From assembly GCA_022813865.1 (NCBI GenBank), contig JALDZX010000063.1:1-64000 (forward strand): a stretch of DNA of 64,000 nt, given 5' to 3'. The first letter of the stretch is position 1. Each line of letters starts with the position of its first letter. The notes beneath the pieces were generated by a model. The model was not told the DNA's origin. It saw only the letters and a list, made by a program, of their open reading frames with translations, and made no database searches. This DNA comes from Xylographa opegraphella (Eukaryota). Positions 10,662-22,778 of the stretch are shown here, one piece after another. The translations under genes and the position numbers were made by a program.

Positions 10662-12871
10662 TTCCATAGCGGTCCCCCGGGCCGCAGTAGAGTAGAGAGT
10701 ATTCATGATTCTTGGCCTTGTCCTTTGCTAGATCGCGTGATGTCGAGGTACCTGATTCGTTGGAGCAGAGGTGATGTTGCATGGGTTCGGAGCACGGGTG
10801 GCATAACAGTCAGTAGATGGGGGTTCTCGGTTCTGCGTGAGATAACTTCTTCTGCGTGCCGTCTGCCTCTCTACCTCACCTCGCCTGTGCTTGTTGCTCC
10901 CTCTCCAACTTCGGACAGCTGTCCACCCCCGTTGCCTCTGGTCGTGCGTCGATACGTTCGTGCAACGTGGTGCTCGACTGCGTTTTCCAGCCTGCTCCTC
11001 TTACCTCAGCCCTGCAAGGTGCCTGTTTCCTTCTGTCCCTGTCTAGGTAGTACCTTATACGTTCAGCTGTCACTACAAGTCTCGTTCCACGAGCTTCATA
11101 CTTCTTGCGACGTAGAGCCAGGAAGGAAAGTCAGTGGGGCTGTAGACGTGGCCTTGAGATATAGTCATGCCCAAGAAAGGCTTCCATGCTTCCTACCTTT
11201 CCACACTAGATCCATCTGTCCCCCGCGGGGACCCATCTTCTGCGATTCGGGCAGGGGGTGATTGTAGATGACTGAGTGGTCTCGAATGCAAGAAAGAGGG
11301 AAAGTGTACACGTAAGACGGTGAAGCCTGGTTGCTCCTGGTCGGAATTGAAGCCCACTGCGCGCTCACGACTTTTGTTTCTCGGAAGCTGGAAACGCGGG
11401 TCGGTTGTGCGTCAGGATTCGTTCGTGCATCACATGCTTACGCGTTTGGTTTGGATGGGGACGGGACTAATGAATTAGGTAGACTACCTTCTTGGGTTGC
11501 GGCTCAAAAACCCCCGCTTTGCGCTGGGGGAGATACTTGCTCTGTCTGTCCGATCGTATGTAGGACCGGTTTTGGGTGCGCGTCATGGCCTGAGATTACC
11601 TATTATTTACAGCGACGGTGTTGAGGAGCATGAGGGGCGGAGATCGAGGGGCGCGGCGGGCGGAGTTGGGCGGTGGTGAAAATATGGTAAGGGCGCTAGA
11701 TGGATGTTTCTGGGGTCGGGGTGGAGGCTTGAGTTCCGCTGGGCTGCGGGTTGGCTTCCGCACTCATTGGCGGGGGGTTTGTAAGCAGCGGAAGGATTTT
11801 CTGGCCTTGTGGTTGTAGGGCTGGGTATGCACTTGGCTTTTTCAGGGGACGTGTTTCGCGTCACGCCATTGTTGTCGCGAGATGTCGGTCCTTTTCAATG
11901 CTTCACACCGCTCGGGTGAACTCTAGTCCCCACTTACCGTCGGAGTCATTATTGCTGGATGATACTTTTCAAATGTTGAGCCCAGTCACCTGAAGTGTGT
12001 GTCCCGCGAACGTCATTTGGAGGTCCAGTCGTCCTTCTTGACGAACGGTGCGGCTGCCCCTTTTTTCCTTCCTGCAACCGGTGTTTGTTCTTGATGCCGC
12101 TTGGGTTAGTGCAATTGATTGGTCATTTCCGTGTCTGTTGTCTGCTCTGCGGAAAGCAATGCGCAATGCGTAATGGTTTTACTGCGTCATGACCGCGCTG
12201 ACGAATATCCTGGGGAATCGAACATAGGGTGGATAGCGGTGTGTGAAATATACGTACATGGTACAGTATTCCTGTCACACTACAGTAATTCCCAAGTGCG
12301 AAGAGGTTTATTGTCTACCCCGATAAGGAATGGTTCCTTTGTCAAAAGCGGTGGATTATTCAGCATTCAGGGATTGGCAGCCAATGACAGACGCCGAAAG
12401 CCGGCACTCGCCATCGATCATCTCCAAAGGGCGTGGCGCTAAGCCTGCCCTGGCCGAAAAGTGCTCGGTCGACGTCAATCTTTCGTTTCTCGTGCAGCGT
12501 GAGTCAAACGTCGTGTGATGACTCTCCGTTTTCCGCTCTTGGACGCCCTTGAGGCCATCGAACAAATACATAAGGTAAGCTCAGGCACCGCCAGCTCCTC
12601 CAGCTGTCAATCCCGCTCAACAGGCGCAATCCCTCAGGCCAATTGAACCCATTTTCTTTCTTTGTGTCGTTTATCGATCTCTAGCGCACCTAGACCGATA
12701 CCGGCCTACCCTCGCCTTACCCTCGCCTTATCTCCGCCACATCCAAAACCGCGCCCTCCCCGCATTCGAAACGCGTGCCGTTGCGTGTGGGGCACTAGCC
12801 AGATCTTCGAGTCATCTGGAGCGTTGCCCGCCCATCGTTATCTGCTTCTATACGAACAGACCGTGGCCGTG

Positions 12872-14593
12872 ATGCCTAACGAACGGAGAAGGAGCAGCAT
12901 TTTGGGCTTGAGTCTCGACAAAAATTTCAAGCCGAAGATCGATATTACACTTGATGGACCGCAGGAGGAGAACATTGTGCCCTCATACACAACGCTCGAT
13001 AAGATCGAAGGCACCGTCTCGATTTCTGCACCCGTCGACCTCAGCCTAGACGATATCCACATCACCTTTCAAGGCTCCACGAGAACCTATGTCGAAAAGG
13101 TCTCCACCACACATGCCGTTTTTGATCGGAGCAGGGCCTACCACAGCTTTTTACGGCTTTCCCAACCAATCAAGGAAGACGACTATCCGGAGAACAACAT
13201 CCTCAAAGCTGGCGAAACCTACACATATCCCTTCACCTTCGTCGTGCCAGAGAAACTGCTGCCGCAGTCATGTACTCATGCGAGGGATAACGAGCGAGTG
13301 CTAGAAGCCCATCTCCAGGTGCCTCCAAGTCTTGGAGACTCCATGCTGGGGCCTGACAAAGCACTGTTGGAAGATTTGGCTCCTGACATGACCACTGTGT
13401 CGTATGCCATCCGGGTGCTTATTCTTCGGAAGGGCCAAGAAACAGAAGGCAAGCTGTCCGTTCTGGCTGATGCGGTGAAAAAGCTCCGCATCATGCCTGC
13501 AGTCGACGAGTTGCCTCCGCTGCCGCTCTCTGGCACCGACAGCGACGACTACACTATTCGAAAGGAAAAAAATCTTAAAAAGGGCATGTTCAAGGGCAAA
13601 CTCGGCCGTCTTACAGTGGAATCATCCCAGCCGAGTAGCCTTCGTCTTCCGTACTGCCGCGCAGATATCTCCGCCGCTCGCGTGACTACAATGGCGGTTG
13701 TCAACCTCCGATTTGACCCCTCGGACGAGTCCTCCAAACCTCCACGTCTCGGAAGTCTGGTCAACAAGCTGAAAGTAGTGACTTTCTTCGCAGCGATTCC
13801 GGCCCGCGATTTCCCTTGTCGAGCGAATTCCTACATCTACGATTCGCAGCGCGGTGTCTTTGTCGAGAGCATCAATTTATCGTCCCGCAACGTCGAGTCC
13901 GTGCAATGGGTCCAGCACAACACTCTCGAGCGGCACGATTCGGCAATCTCGATTTCGGACCATCTTCCCTCCGCCTCCACATCCCAAACATTCTACACAG
14001 CTCAAATCCTCGTCCCGGTCGACCTTCCCACAAGTTGCAAGACTTTCGTCCCCACCTTCCACTCCTGCCTCGTCTCCCGCGTCTACTCCCTCAGCCTCAC
14101 CCTCTCCGTCAACGTCCCCGGCGCTCGCGTCTCCGCAACGACCGTGCATCTCAAGATCCCACTCCAGGTATCGGCCGAAGGCAACCCGGACGCACGACCC
14201 ACCATCAGCGACGAAGAAATGCAAGCCATCGCCGCACGCAACGTCGACGCCGAGCTCGCGCCCCGCAGCCTGGCGCCTCCGAGCCCGGAGTACATCGAGC
14301 ACGCCCACCTCGACAGATCCGGCAGTGTGGCCAGCGCCATCCTGCCGCCGAGCCCGGAGTACTTCGAGCACGATGCGCTGCCGCTGCGGGCGGGAAGCGT
14401 CGGGCAGATCATGCCGCCGATACCGGAGTACTCGGAGCACGCGGAGCTGGCGCATGAGATGATGAGGCCGGCAAGGATGGGTGCTGCGGATGTGGGAGCG
14501 GTGTTGCCTGGCTATAGCGCTTTTGGGGGGAGGGGGCAGGGGGTGAGGATGAGTGGGGATCGGGCGATGAGGATGCAAGCGATGCGGATTTGA
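12872..14593 (+). CDS. Arrestin-fold (Bul1-like/alpha-arrestin) ubiquitin-ligase adaptor
   Basis: YTTLDKIEGTVSI, YPFTFVVP, HLQVPPSLG, VSYAIRV and FVPTFHSCLVSRVYSL motifs; C-terminal PxY/LPGY motifs. Probable 5'UTR intron 12575-12859. Confidence 0.85.
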   Translation: MPNERRRSSILGLSLDKNFKPKIDITLDGPQEENIVPSYTTLDKIEGTVSISAPVDLSLDDIHITFQGSTRTYVEKVSTTHAVFDRSRAYHSFLRLSQPIKEDDYPENNILKAGETYTYPFTFVVPEKLLPQSCTHARDNERVLEAHLQVPPSLGDSMLGPDKALLEDLAPDMTTVSYAIRVLILRKGQETEGKLSVLADAVKKLRIMPAVDELPPLPLSGTDSDDYTIRKEKNLKKGMFKGKLGRLTVESSQPSSLRLPYCRADISAARVTTMAVVNLRFDPSDESSKPPRLGSLVNKLKVVTFFAAIPARDFPCRANSYIYDSQRGVFVESINLSSRNVESVQWVQHNTLERHDSAISISDHLPSASTSQTFYTAQILVPVDLPTSCKTFVPTFHSCLVSRVYSLSLTLSVNVPGARVSATTVHLKIPLQVSAEGNPDARPTISDEEMQAIAARNVDAELAPRSLAPPSPEYIEHAHLDRSGSVASAILPPSPEYFEHDALPLRAGSVGQIMPPIPEYSEHAELAHEMMRPARMGAADVGAVLPGYSAFGGRGQGVRMSGDRAMRMQAMRI

Positions 14594-15094
14594 GGTGCTT
14601 CCGTGAATGATGGGGGTGTACGGTAGACAATGCCCGTTCGAAACGAAAAGCGGCACACGCCGGGGGTGGGGGGGTGGAAAACGAAATATACCATGGGGTT
14701 GGAGGGCGTTCGGGGACTGGTGGGGACTATAGAGCACGATTCCCTTGGCGGTCTTGGGTTCTGCGGGGGTTATGTTATAACGGGAAAAGGAGAGATGTGC
14801 GTTACACAGAGCCGGAGTTTGTTGTACATTCATTACCCGCTTGGCCCTGTATCTAAGCCGCGTCAGAGTATGGATTTGTGCTCGAGATTGTAGCGCTCTC
14901 ATTGCGGTGGGTGATGGATTTAACACTTTTACAGATGTTTTGCCAAACGTCATGTGGTGCGATGTCGTCGTGTGGCCATCTAGCTGCTGCGAGTAGAACC
15001 TATCCATCTCTTATCCAACCGTGAACAAAACCATCGCCACGACCACGAGCATAGCAGAACCCTAACCCCCCCTCGCAAGAAGCCTTCATCATAG

Positions 15095-16408
15095 CTAGCT
15101 ACCCAAAACCAAGCCCAACCCCCCCCCTTGCCTCCCCCTCCTCACCCCCTCCAAAACACCCACCACCCCCCTCGCACACTCCTCGCGCGCATTGCGCCGC
15201 CCATACACATTGCGCACCTCGCCCACGGGCCCGCGCAGCAAGGGCTCGTGCTCGAACAGCGCGGCGCCGCTGTAGACGTGCGCCTGCGCCGCCGTGGCGG
15301 CGAGGCGGTACGTGGGCGGGTTGAGGTTGAGGGTCGCGCAGAGGGCTGTTTCGCAGAGCCCCCGTGCGGGGGGGAGTTAGTCGGTGAGGGAGTCATGCTT
15401 GATAGAGAGAGGGGGAAGGGAAGGGAAGGGAAGGGAAGGAATCACGCACCCAAAACTTTCCCGACCCAGCTACGCTCGCCATCGCCATCGCCATCTTCCT
15501 CTTCCTCTTCCCCGTCCCCTACCCCTACCTCATTCCGCCCCACCCCCAACCCCCCCTTCCGCTTCTTCCCTTTCCCCGCCCCCCCCTCGCCATCCACACC
15601 CTCCCTCTCGACCAAGAAGCGCACCGCCTCCCGCGCCGCATACGCCCGCGCCGCCTTCTTGCTCGCAAACGGGCCCTCCCCGCCCGCCGCAGCCGCCACG
15701 CCGCCGAACGGCTCGCCCGGCCGCTGCGCGATGCGGCACTCGCACACGAAGCCGCCGCCCGCGACGGCGGACTCCGTGAACGTCGGCGCCGGCTGCGAGG
15801 GGTGCGCGGCGCTGTGTTCTGGGGGGGGGGAGGGTTGGTAAGCTCGGAGGGAAAAAGGGGGGGGGAAAGGGTAACGCACCAAGTAATTTGCCGACCCAGT
15901 TCTCGGCCGGGGCGGAGGAAGAAGAAGGAGGCGGCGGTGGGGCGCGCGCGATGGCGGCGGGGAGGGTGCGCGCCAGCGCGCAGCCCTGCTCGGCGAGGTG
16001 TTGGCGCGCTTCCTTCTTGGAGGGGTGGCTGCTGGGCAGGGAGAGGGTGATGGGGCCGAGGGTGAGGGTGCCGCGGAAGCGTTGGGGCGCGTCTTCGGTC
16101 ATGCTGAAGAGGGGCGTGAGGCCCTTTTCTTGGCAGAGCTCGTACAGGCGCGAGACGCTGGCGGGGGAGGGAGTGGCGGGGGCGGGGGGGGAGGAGGTGC
16201 TGCTGTTGGTGGTGGTGGTTGCTTGCGGGGCGGGGCCTGCTTGGCCGAGAAGGGAGGCCGTGCTGGCGGCGGAGAGGAAGCTGGCGACGTCGTGTAGCGG
16301 GAGGGCGGAGCCGGGGGCCGGCTGGGGCGGCGCCGGCTGGGAGGTGGCGGAGTGGAAGGACTCGTGCGAGGAGGCGCGCACGAGCAGGGAGGAGAGAAGG
16401 TCGCTCAT
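15095..16408 (-). CDS. Protein with three dsRNA-binding-domain-like modules, 3 exons
   Basis: Exons 16408-15880, 15818-15450 and 15345-15095. Each module shows a dsRBD-like helix-1 (SRLYELCQ / WVGKLL / WVGKVL) and a KKxAx-type helix-2 (SKKEARQ, SKKAARA, GRRNAREECA). The stop position is uncertain because of homopolymer runs. Confidence 0.75.
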
Positions 16409-17447
16409 CGCGTGGGCGTGGGCGTGTGTCGCGCGTCGCTTGTATGTCTGTGGAGAGCGGGAATGGGAAGCCGCGGGGCGCTAGGTGGCTGGCTAGCTTC
16501 TAGGAGAGTGAAATACCTGGGTACCTTAAGGCTTTGGATGAAAAAGCTGGTGGAGGAAAAAGGTCGGTTGCGATGAAGGGGGTGGTGGGAGCGAGGCTGC
16601 TTGATAAACAGGGCCATCAGGCTGCCGCGGGGGGGCATGGATGGATGGATCGGCGCTCGACAGGGATTGAGGATGTGGTGACACGAAAAGTGGGAGAATC
16701 AATGTGTCGGGTTGCGGGACGCGACAGATTTGGTTTTTTTTCCTTTCCGTGGTGATCGTTGCGGAAGCAGGGGCTTTTCCGAAGACTGGTGTTGTTTGGG
16801 ATACGTGTTGTGAAACCTGACATGATTTTGCTGGGGGAAGGCTGTTTGGCGTGTCACTTGCTCGAGCAAGCATTGGATTCACTGCGTTCATTACTTCCGT
16901 TCCGCTGTTTTGACCACACCACACTCCGCCACAACATTTCGGGGTCTGAAATTCGTCCGGTCCTTATCAAACGTTCGCCATCAAGTGAGTGGAGGAATCT
17001 ACGGCTTTTAATAGATAGATATGAATACTAGTCTACGACAACTTTCTTTGTGAAACGCCTCCGTTGAATCGACAAGACCGTAATGGATACAGGGGAATCT
17101 GATAGGAACGATAAAACCCTCGAAGCTGATTGATACCCCAATTGCGCCATCCCAAACCGTCCACGGGGTTAGATCCGCGGAGGATCGATCGCCATATGTC
17201 ATCCGTCACAATTACTGCAATCATGAAAAGCCGATCCGTTGACGAGAATGTAGTGCCTAGGAAGTTCATGTGTCGGGGTATATAAAGGGGCGCGTGTTCA
17301 AATGCGCCGTTTTCGAAAGAGCGGAGGGAAAATCGTTAGTCTTCCGGGTAGAAAATGTGGAAGAAACCTCGAATCCGATGCAGCAGATCGGACGAAGTTG
17401 TGGTGAAAAGCCACTGGCGGGCGCAGAATCGTCCCAGGTTCCACACC

Positions 17448-20014
17448 TCAGCTCTCCACATTTCCGAATTCCATTGGGACATTGTCAAACGTCATACTGG
17501 CGTCAAGGTCGAACCCGGGGTGTTCCGAATCGAGGAAAGAGTCAAAGTCAAATTGTTCAAGAACTTCTCCGTTGTCTATGTTGCCGAACGTCATGTCCAT
17601 TGAGGGCTATAATAAAGAATTAGCTGTCCGTCAAGAGTTTTGGGCTCCGTCCAGAACGTACATCAATATCCATGGTACCGAACGGAGGCATGAAATTCGG
17701 CTCAGGTTGAGGCTGTGGAACCGTGGCTGGGGCTGGTACCGATGTAGGCGCTTGGGCGTTCGAGCCCCCGGTCTGACTGTTTCCATTCTTCTGGCTGCTA
17801 AAGGACTTTTCATGCATTGGTGTAATTGGTGTGGAAGGCGTAGGGGTTGGTGGAGGAATCTCAGCTTCCGATGACGGAGTTGCAGCAGCGGTCGACCCTT
17901 TCTTGGTAGGTCGCTGTCATAGTAAGTATAACGCCCCCATTTGCGAAGAGGTTTATTTACCTTGCGTGGCTCTTTGGCACCATCCTTTCCTTTCTTCGGT
18001 GCTGCTTTGTTGGTTTGAGAAGGTGTGGGAGGAGCTGCGGGTTGGGCAGGTGACGAGGGGCGTCCATTCGTAGCTGCACCAGCTGGAGGGCCCTGAGGGG
18101 GGAGCATTGTTCTTTGCTGAGGCGTGCCTATTGGTGGCTGGGGTTGCGAGCCCTGCGGCATCATCGGCGCTTGACCTTGCGATCCCTGCGGCCAGTTGAC
18201 ACCATTGGGCATCCGTCCACCATTCGCCGCTTGAGCACGCATAGCATCCATTTGTTGAGGGTTCATACCGTTCGCGAATTGTGGATGCGAGCTTGGTGGT
18301 CGCATCATACTTCCGTTCGGCATCCCTCCCGTGCCATCACCCATTTTGAAGGTAGCTTGCAGCATGTCTGGTGGCATCGGTGCAAAGTTCATAGCACCCG
18401 GAGACCCTCTATTTGGTGGCATATATCCATCTGGCATCGGCGACCCGGGTAATCCGACTTGGCCCATTTTCGGAGTGCCTCTCTTCATCTGTTCACTCGG
18501 ATTCGGAGATGGTCCCGATCGACTCCCTTGGGGCGACATGCCAGGAGGAACACCGGATGGACCTGGCAGTGCTTGTTGGCCATTAGGGTTTAGATTATCT
18601 TGCTCCTGCCTAGCCATCAATAACCGCTTCTTGTTCTGCTGTTCCAGTAGCATCAATTGCATCTGATAATCCTGCAAGGCATGATTACCAGCGCCGCTCT
18701 GTCCGCCAGGACCGGTGATTCTCATGGCGGTATTCCCATTATAATAATCCGGCATGCCACCATCCATTCCATTCGTCATCATGGGGGATCCCTGGTTTGG
18801 CACACCAGACTGCGGCATACTTTGGCGCTGTTGTTGCATCATCATATTCTGAGCATACACCTTGATTGATTTCTCCTGTACCTGTGGATTCGAAGAGTGG
18901 AAAGATTCGAGCTGGTGCGGAGTAAGATAGCTTGGATGGATGCCGTTTTGAACAAGGAGTTGGTTAGATTGATTGGCCATATTCATATTCATGCGCTGTG
19001 TTGGATGCATTCCTTGCGGTGCAACTCTTCCATTCTGCATCATTTGCTGACCATTGAATGGCGGACCGTCAAGTCGCGGTCGCTTGGAAGGAGACGGTGC
19101 ATTGTCACCCGACGAGGGCGTTCGAGGTCTCTGCCCATTTATGTCGACATCGGAACCGACCCTTTCCATTTGTTGTTGCTGCATCAATTGATGCTGGTTC
19201 CTGGCAATCATCTGTTGGGGAGTTCTAGTTACACCAGATCAGTTAATTTTTTTTCACGTCTCGCCTTCAGAAGTGAATAATAATCCTAGGCAGAATCTGT
19301 AGGTGTTGCTTGGAATACATACAAATTACGGAGGTTTTGATGGGCCCTTCGTTGCATTTCGTTAGAATTCATCGGCATCCCGTTTACTTGCTGCATCCTG
19401 AACATATTTTGATAATTCATATTCTGACCGATCATGCCCGGATTTCGCAAGAATTGCTGCTGCTGTTCTTGACGCATGCGATTCTGCTGCTAGAATTCAT
19501 CGTCAGTGTTGTCATGGTTTCTCTTAAAATTTCTCCAGCTCACCTGTGTATGCTGCACGTATTGGTATGCTTGGTGACTGGTCTTCTTACTATCCTTTCT
19601 TGCAGCAAAGAATATATCCCAGAACACCGAAAACCATTCAAGTAAAAAGGAGTTATCTGTTCCATGAGCAATCTCGGGCAGTGGTAGGTCATGTGGTCTC
19701 TGCGATTCAATGTCATCTTTTGAATCGGCATCAATCGAACCCTCATCAGTCCCATTCGGCCGCCGGCCAGGACTAGGTTTGTTGATTATTTGAACAGCGA
19801 GTCCACTCTTGAGCAATGCTCGCGCGCAGTCGTAAGATTCCTGCTTCAGAAGGTAGTCGTATATATAAGTATTCAGTCGGGTCTTGTACTCGAGCTCGCG
19901 ATCTTGATCGTTCCCCGTTCTGGATGTCACTCCGTTCGTGCCATTGCTCATCATCGGCATTCCTACAGTCGCCCCATTTCCCACGTTGAGCCCGTTCATG
20001 TTCATATGGTTCAT
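17448..20014 (-). CDS. som1: LisH-domain transcriptional regulator SOM1/SomA (Flo8/Mss11-like), 5 exons
   Basis: Exons 20014-19544, 19489-19323, 19224-17961, 17913-17662 and 17606-17448. Motifs RLNTYIYDYLLK, SFLLEWFSVFWDIF, APSPSKRPRL, NHALQDYQMQLMLLEQQNKKRLLMARQEQ and C-terminal VLEQFDFDSFL. Confidence 0.92.
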
Positions 20015-21362
20015 CTTTGCGGCGCAATAGTCGGAGAGGCTAACCACAGGGTTGCTTTCAAGAAGATGGAGATATACTTTGTGTTCCCGTTGATGCTGAA
20101 AAGGTCGCCGGGCGCTTAGGACATAAGTACGGCAGTGGAGGCACGACCGAGATCGAACTCTGTCGAAAGATCCGTAATGCCTACGCGGCGAGAATCCTTG
20201 CGACAGATGACGGTTGAAGCCGCAATTGTGGACAATGCTCAAGTGCGATAGCGACTGTAGGTGGTGGGTTGTCCAAAAGGGGATGCGTGATGCGACCGCT
20301 GCTCAGGTTCCGACAAGAGGTAACACGGACCACAAGAGGCCGACTTGAGGGCTTGGATCGCGGGCGACGAAGCCAGTCGTGATGACGAGAAGTAGCCACA
20401 GAGGTCAGAGGTCCTCGCCGAGATTTGACAACGAGCAGTGAGCTGTCGGGGAGAGCACGTTGATATAATCTGACGGGTTTTGCGGACGATTAATGCGGGC
20501 GAGGATCATGGAGCGTAGCGTCGAAATTGGGGATTGGGGCCTATATTTTGCGGTATTTCTGAGCACAGCTCACCTCGTCATTTTGGGCGACTGTGCAAAG
20601 TGAGGAGCGGGGGCAGCGACTTGGGCTTTTCATCTATTAAAATATGGCTGTAGGCAACTGCACTATTTACCACCAAATCGTGAAGACTGGAGCTGTTACG
20701 ATCTTATCAAGTGATCAGCCATCCGCAGGAACGCAATGCCGCGTGGCAACAAAGATTTGGAAGAACAATTACTGAGCACTCCGGCCGAAAGGCCATCCTT
20801 GGTACGCCGCGGCGGGCGACCGTGAGACTATTTGCAAAACCGTTTGATCTCAATGTTTCTAATATGAGGGTGGGTGTTCATAGCAGACGATGATCGTACA
20901 GAGTCCAGGCGCCTCGTTCTGTCGTGTCCAAACACAAACACATCCGAATTCTGGACGTTGTACTTCATACCGAGGTCTGATATTCCAATCTAGGTGCAAT
21001 GATGGAGAAGAATCGATCATCGCGTGCTCTCGACTTTCGAGCCCCAAAATGAGCCTACCCGCCCTTTCAATGGCTTCTTCAATGAGTGGACTGATGATCT
21101 GCCCCCCCAGTCCTCGAGATACAACCATTTTGCCCCTGTACATTATGGTGTTGCAGAGAACATCGTCAACATGGATGACCTCAAATGTGAACGCTCATCA
21201 GTCTGCGATTCGTCTTCGGAAATGACCAAATTCTGCCTTGACTTGGTCTTCCCAGTTGGTTGGAGACGGAGCACTCGATATTTTGTGCCAACGTGTTACT
21301 CAAGCTCTGTCAATCAGTAGTCTGTTAGTGATTTTATAACTGGCTATGATTCCGAGTCGTAC

Positions 21363-22344
21363 TTATTCATCGTCGGGTGGGAGTTCGTCTTCGATATAGC
21401 GGATAAGTGCGACTCTCATCTCAGTTGTCTCGTCACCGCGGAGGATGTCGCTGATGAAGTGTGCTTCGACTTGCATTTGTACCTTGCCCAAACATCAGTA
21501 AACGTGTGCGATTGAGTTGCTCGCCATTCCAGGTGATACGGAAGGTATAGGCGGCTCCTTGAATAAGGATACGATCTCATTTAGTGTGCTACCACGTCTT
21601 GTGAGAGCTCAAAGGCACGTACCATTTCGAGAGCTCCTCTCAATATCCCACACAACATGTTGGAGTACCATAATTCATCCTGAGCTTTCCCATCATCTGG
21701 CAACTCAACAAAATCTGCAAGTGGATTCTCTTCGAAAAGTAACGAAAATTGTTTACTGTCAGTTGTCCAATTCGTAACGACAGGGGTGATATTCAAAAAT
21801 ATCTTGAATCCTATCTGAACTTTGCGTCAGTTGTGGCTGTCACTTTGAGGAACGCCAAGTTATTGATGACGGAATTCCTATACTGACAGCCCATTCCTTT
21901 GTTGAAAGGAGGTTGTACCTTTGATATAGTCTCCGCAGTTTCGCGAAAATTGGCACATCTCTGAGTTCCTGATTTGGCAAAGAAGTCCTCTACCAGTCGC
22001 ATACCGATGTTATAGCCCATCCTATCCAGCTGCTTGTTGACTTCACCATAGTTGCTATCGTAGTCGCTGCAGAGCTGAGCAACAATTGTGCCATATGTTA
22101 GAGTGACGAGCTCAGCGTTGACTTTGTCTATTCGATTTCTGAGAAGACGTCAGGCAGTGTATTGCTGTAGCTATTACTGGGTAGGTTTTATGGAATTGAC
22201 TTTAAAATAGCATCATTCGGAGGTATGCTGGAATTGGGTAGGTGCTCACTTCCATACTCTGTGCTTCAATCAGCTGTGTTATATTACTATCGAAAGCTTG
22301 CGACCTTACTCCTCGCCAACTCTAGCTGTCTTACTGGACGCCAT
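21363..22344 (-). CDS. BET3: TRAPP complex core subunit Bet3, 5 exons
   Basis: Exons 22344-22310, 22258-22250 (9 nt), 22138-21919, 21814-21623 and 21482-21363. Motifs [37 protein letters not shown] and [20 protein letters not shown]. Confidence 0.95.
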
Positions 22345-22778
22345 GGGCGGTACAGTGGCCTTTTTGCACAAAACTCCAAGCCTCAAGGTTTTTCACTTTG
22401 GCGGAACATATCGAATAGCGATTGTTGATGTGGAAGCACTTTGGCGTGACTGAGGTATCCACTTACACGCCTCAAGCGCCGTTTCAAAAGGCTGTAATTG
22501 TAATTCAACTTCAGTTAAGGCTGAAGGTTATTCGCCTAGCTAGATAGGAACGGTGGCATGCTTGGCTGAATGAGCTACCGTATGTACTTTGTACCCTCCG
22601 AGCCCTCGTACCGTAGGCGCGACGTACCTAGTCTGGGCAACGGGATACTATCGGAGAAATTATCTTCAATTGAACTTTAGTTGCAGAACATATTACAACG
22701 ACGGTACACTCCAGGCAAATATATCTGGTCCAATAGGCTAGATATTCTCACTTCTTCTTGCAGTTTATTCCCACAATC

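Noticed and set aside
10725..12570. Several 60-180 aa ORFs between the TM9 and arrestin genes
   Set aside because: Mostly non-ATG starts and random composition; treated as intergenic or UTR. No tRNA or snoRNA boxes recognised with confidence.
15058..15070. Telomere-like aaccctaaccc (also ttaggg at about 3972)
   Set aside because: Fewer than two full units; chance occurrence in C-rich sequence.
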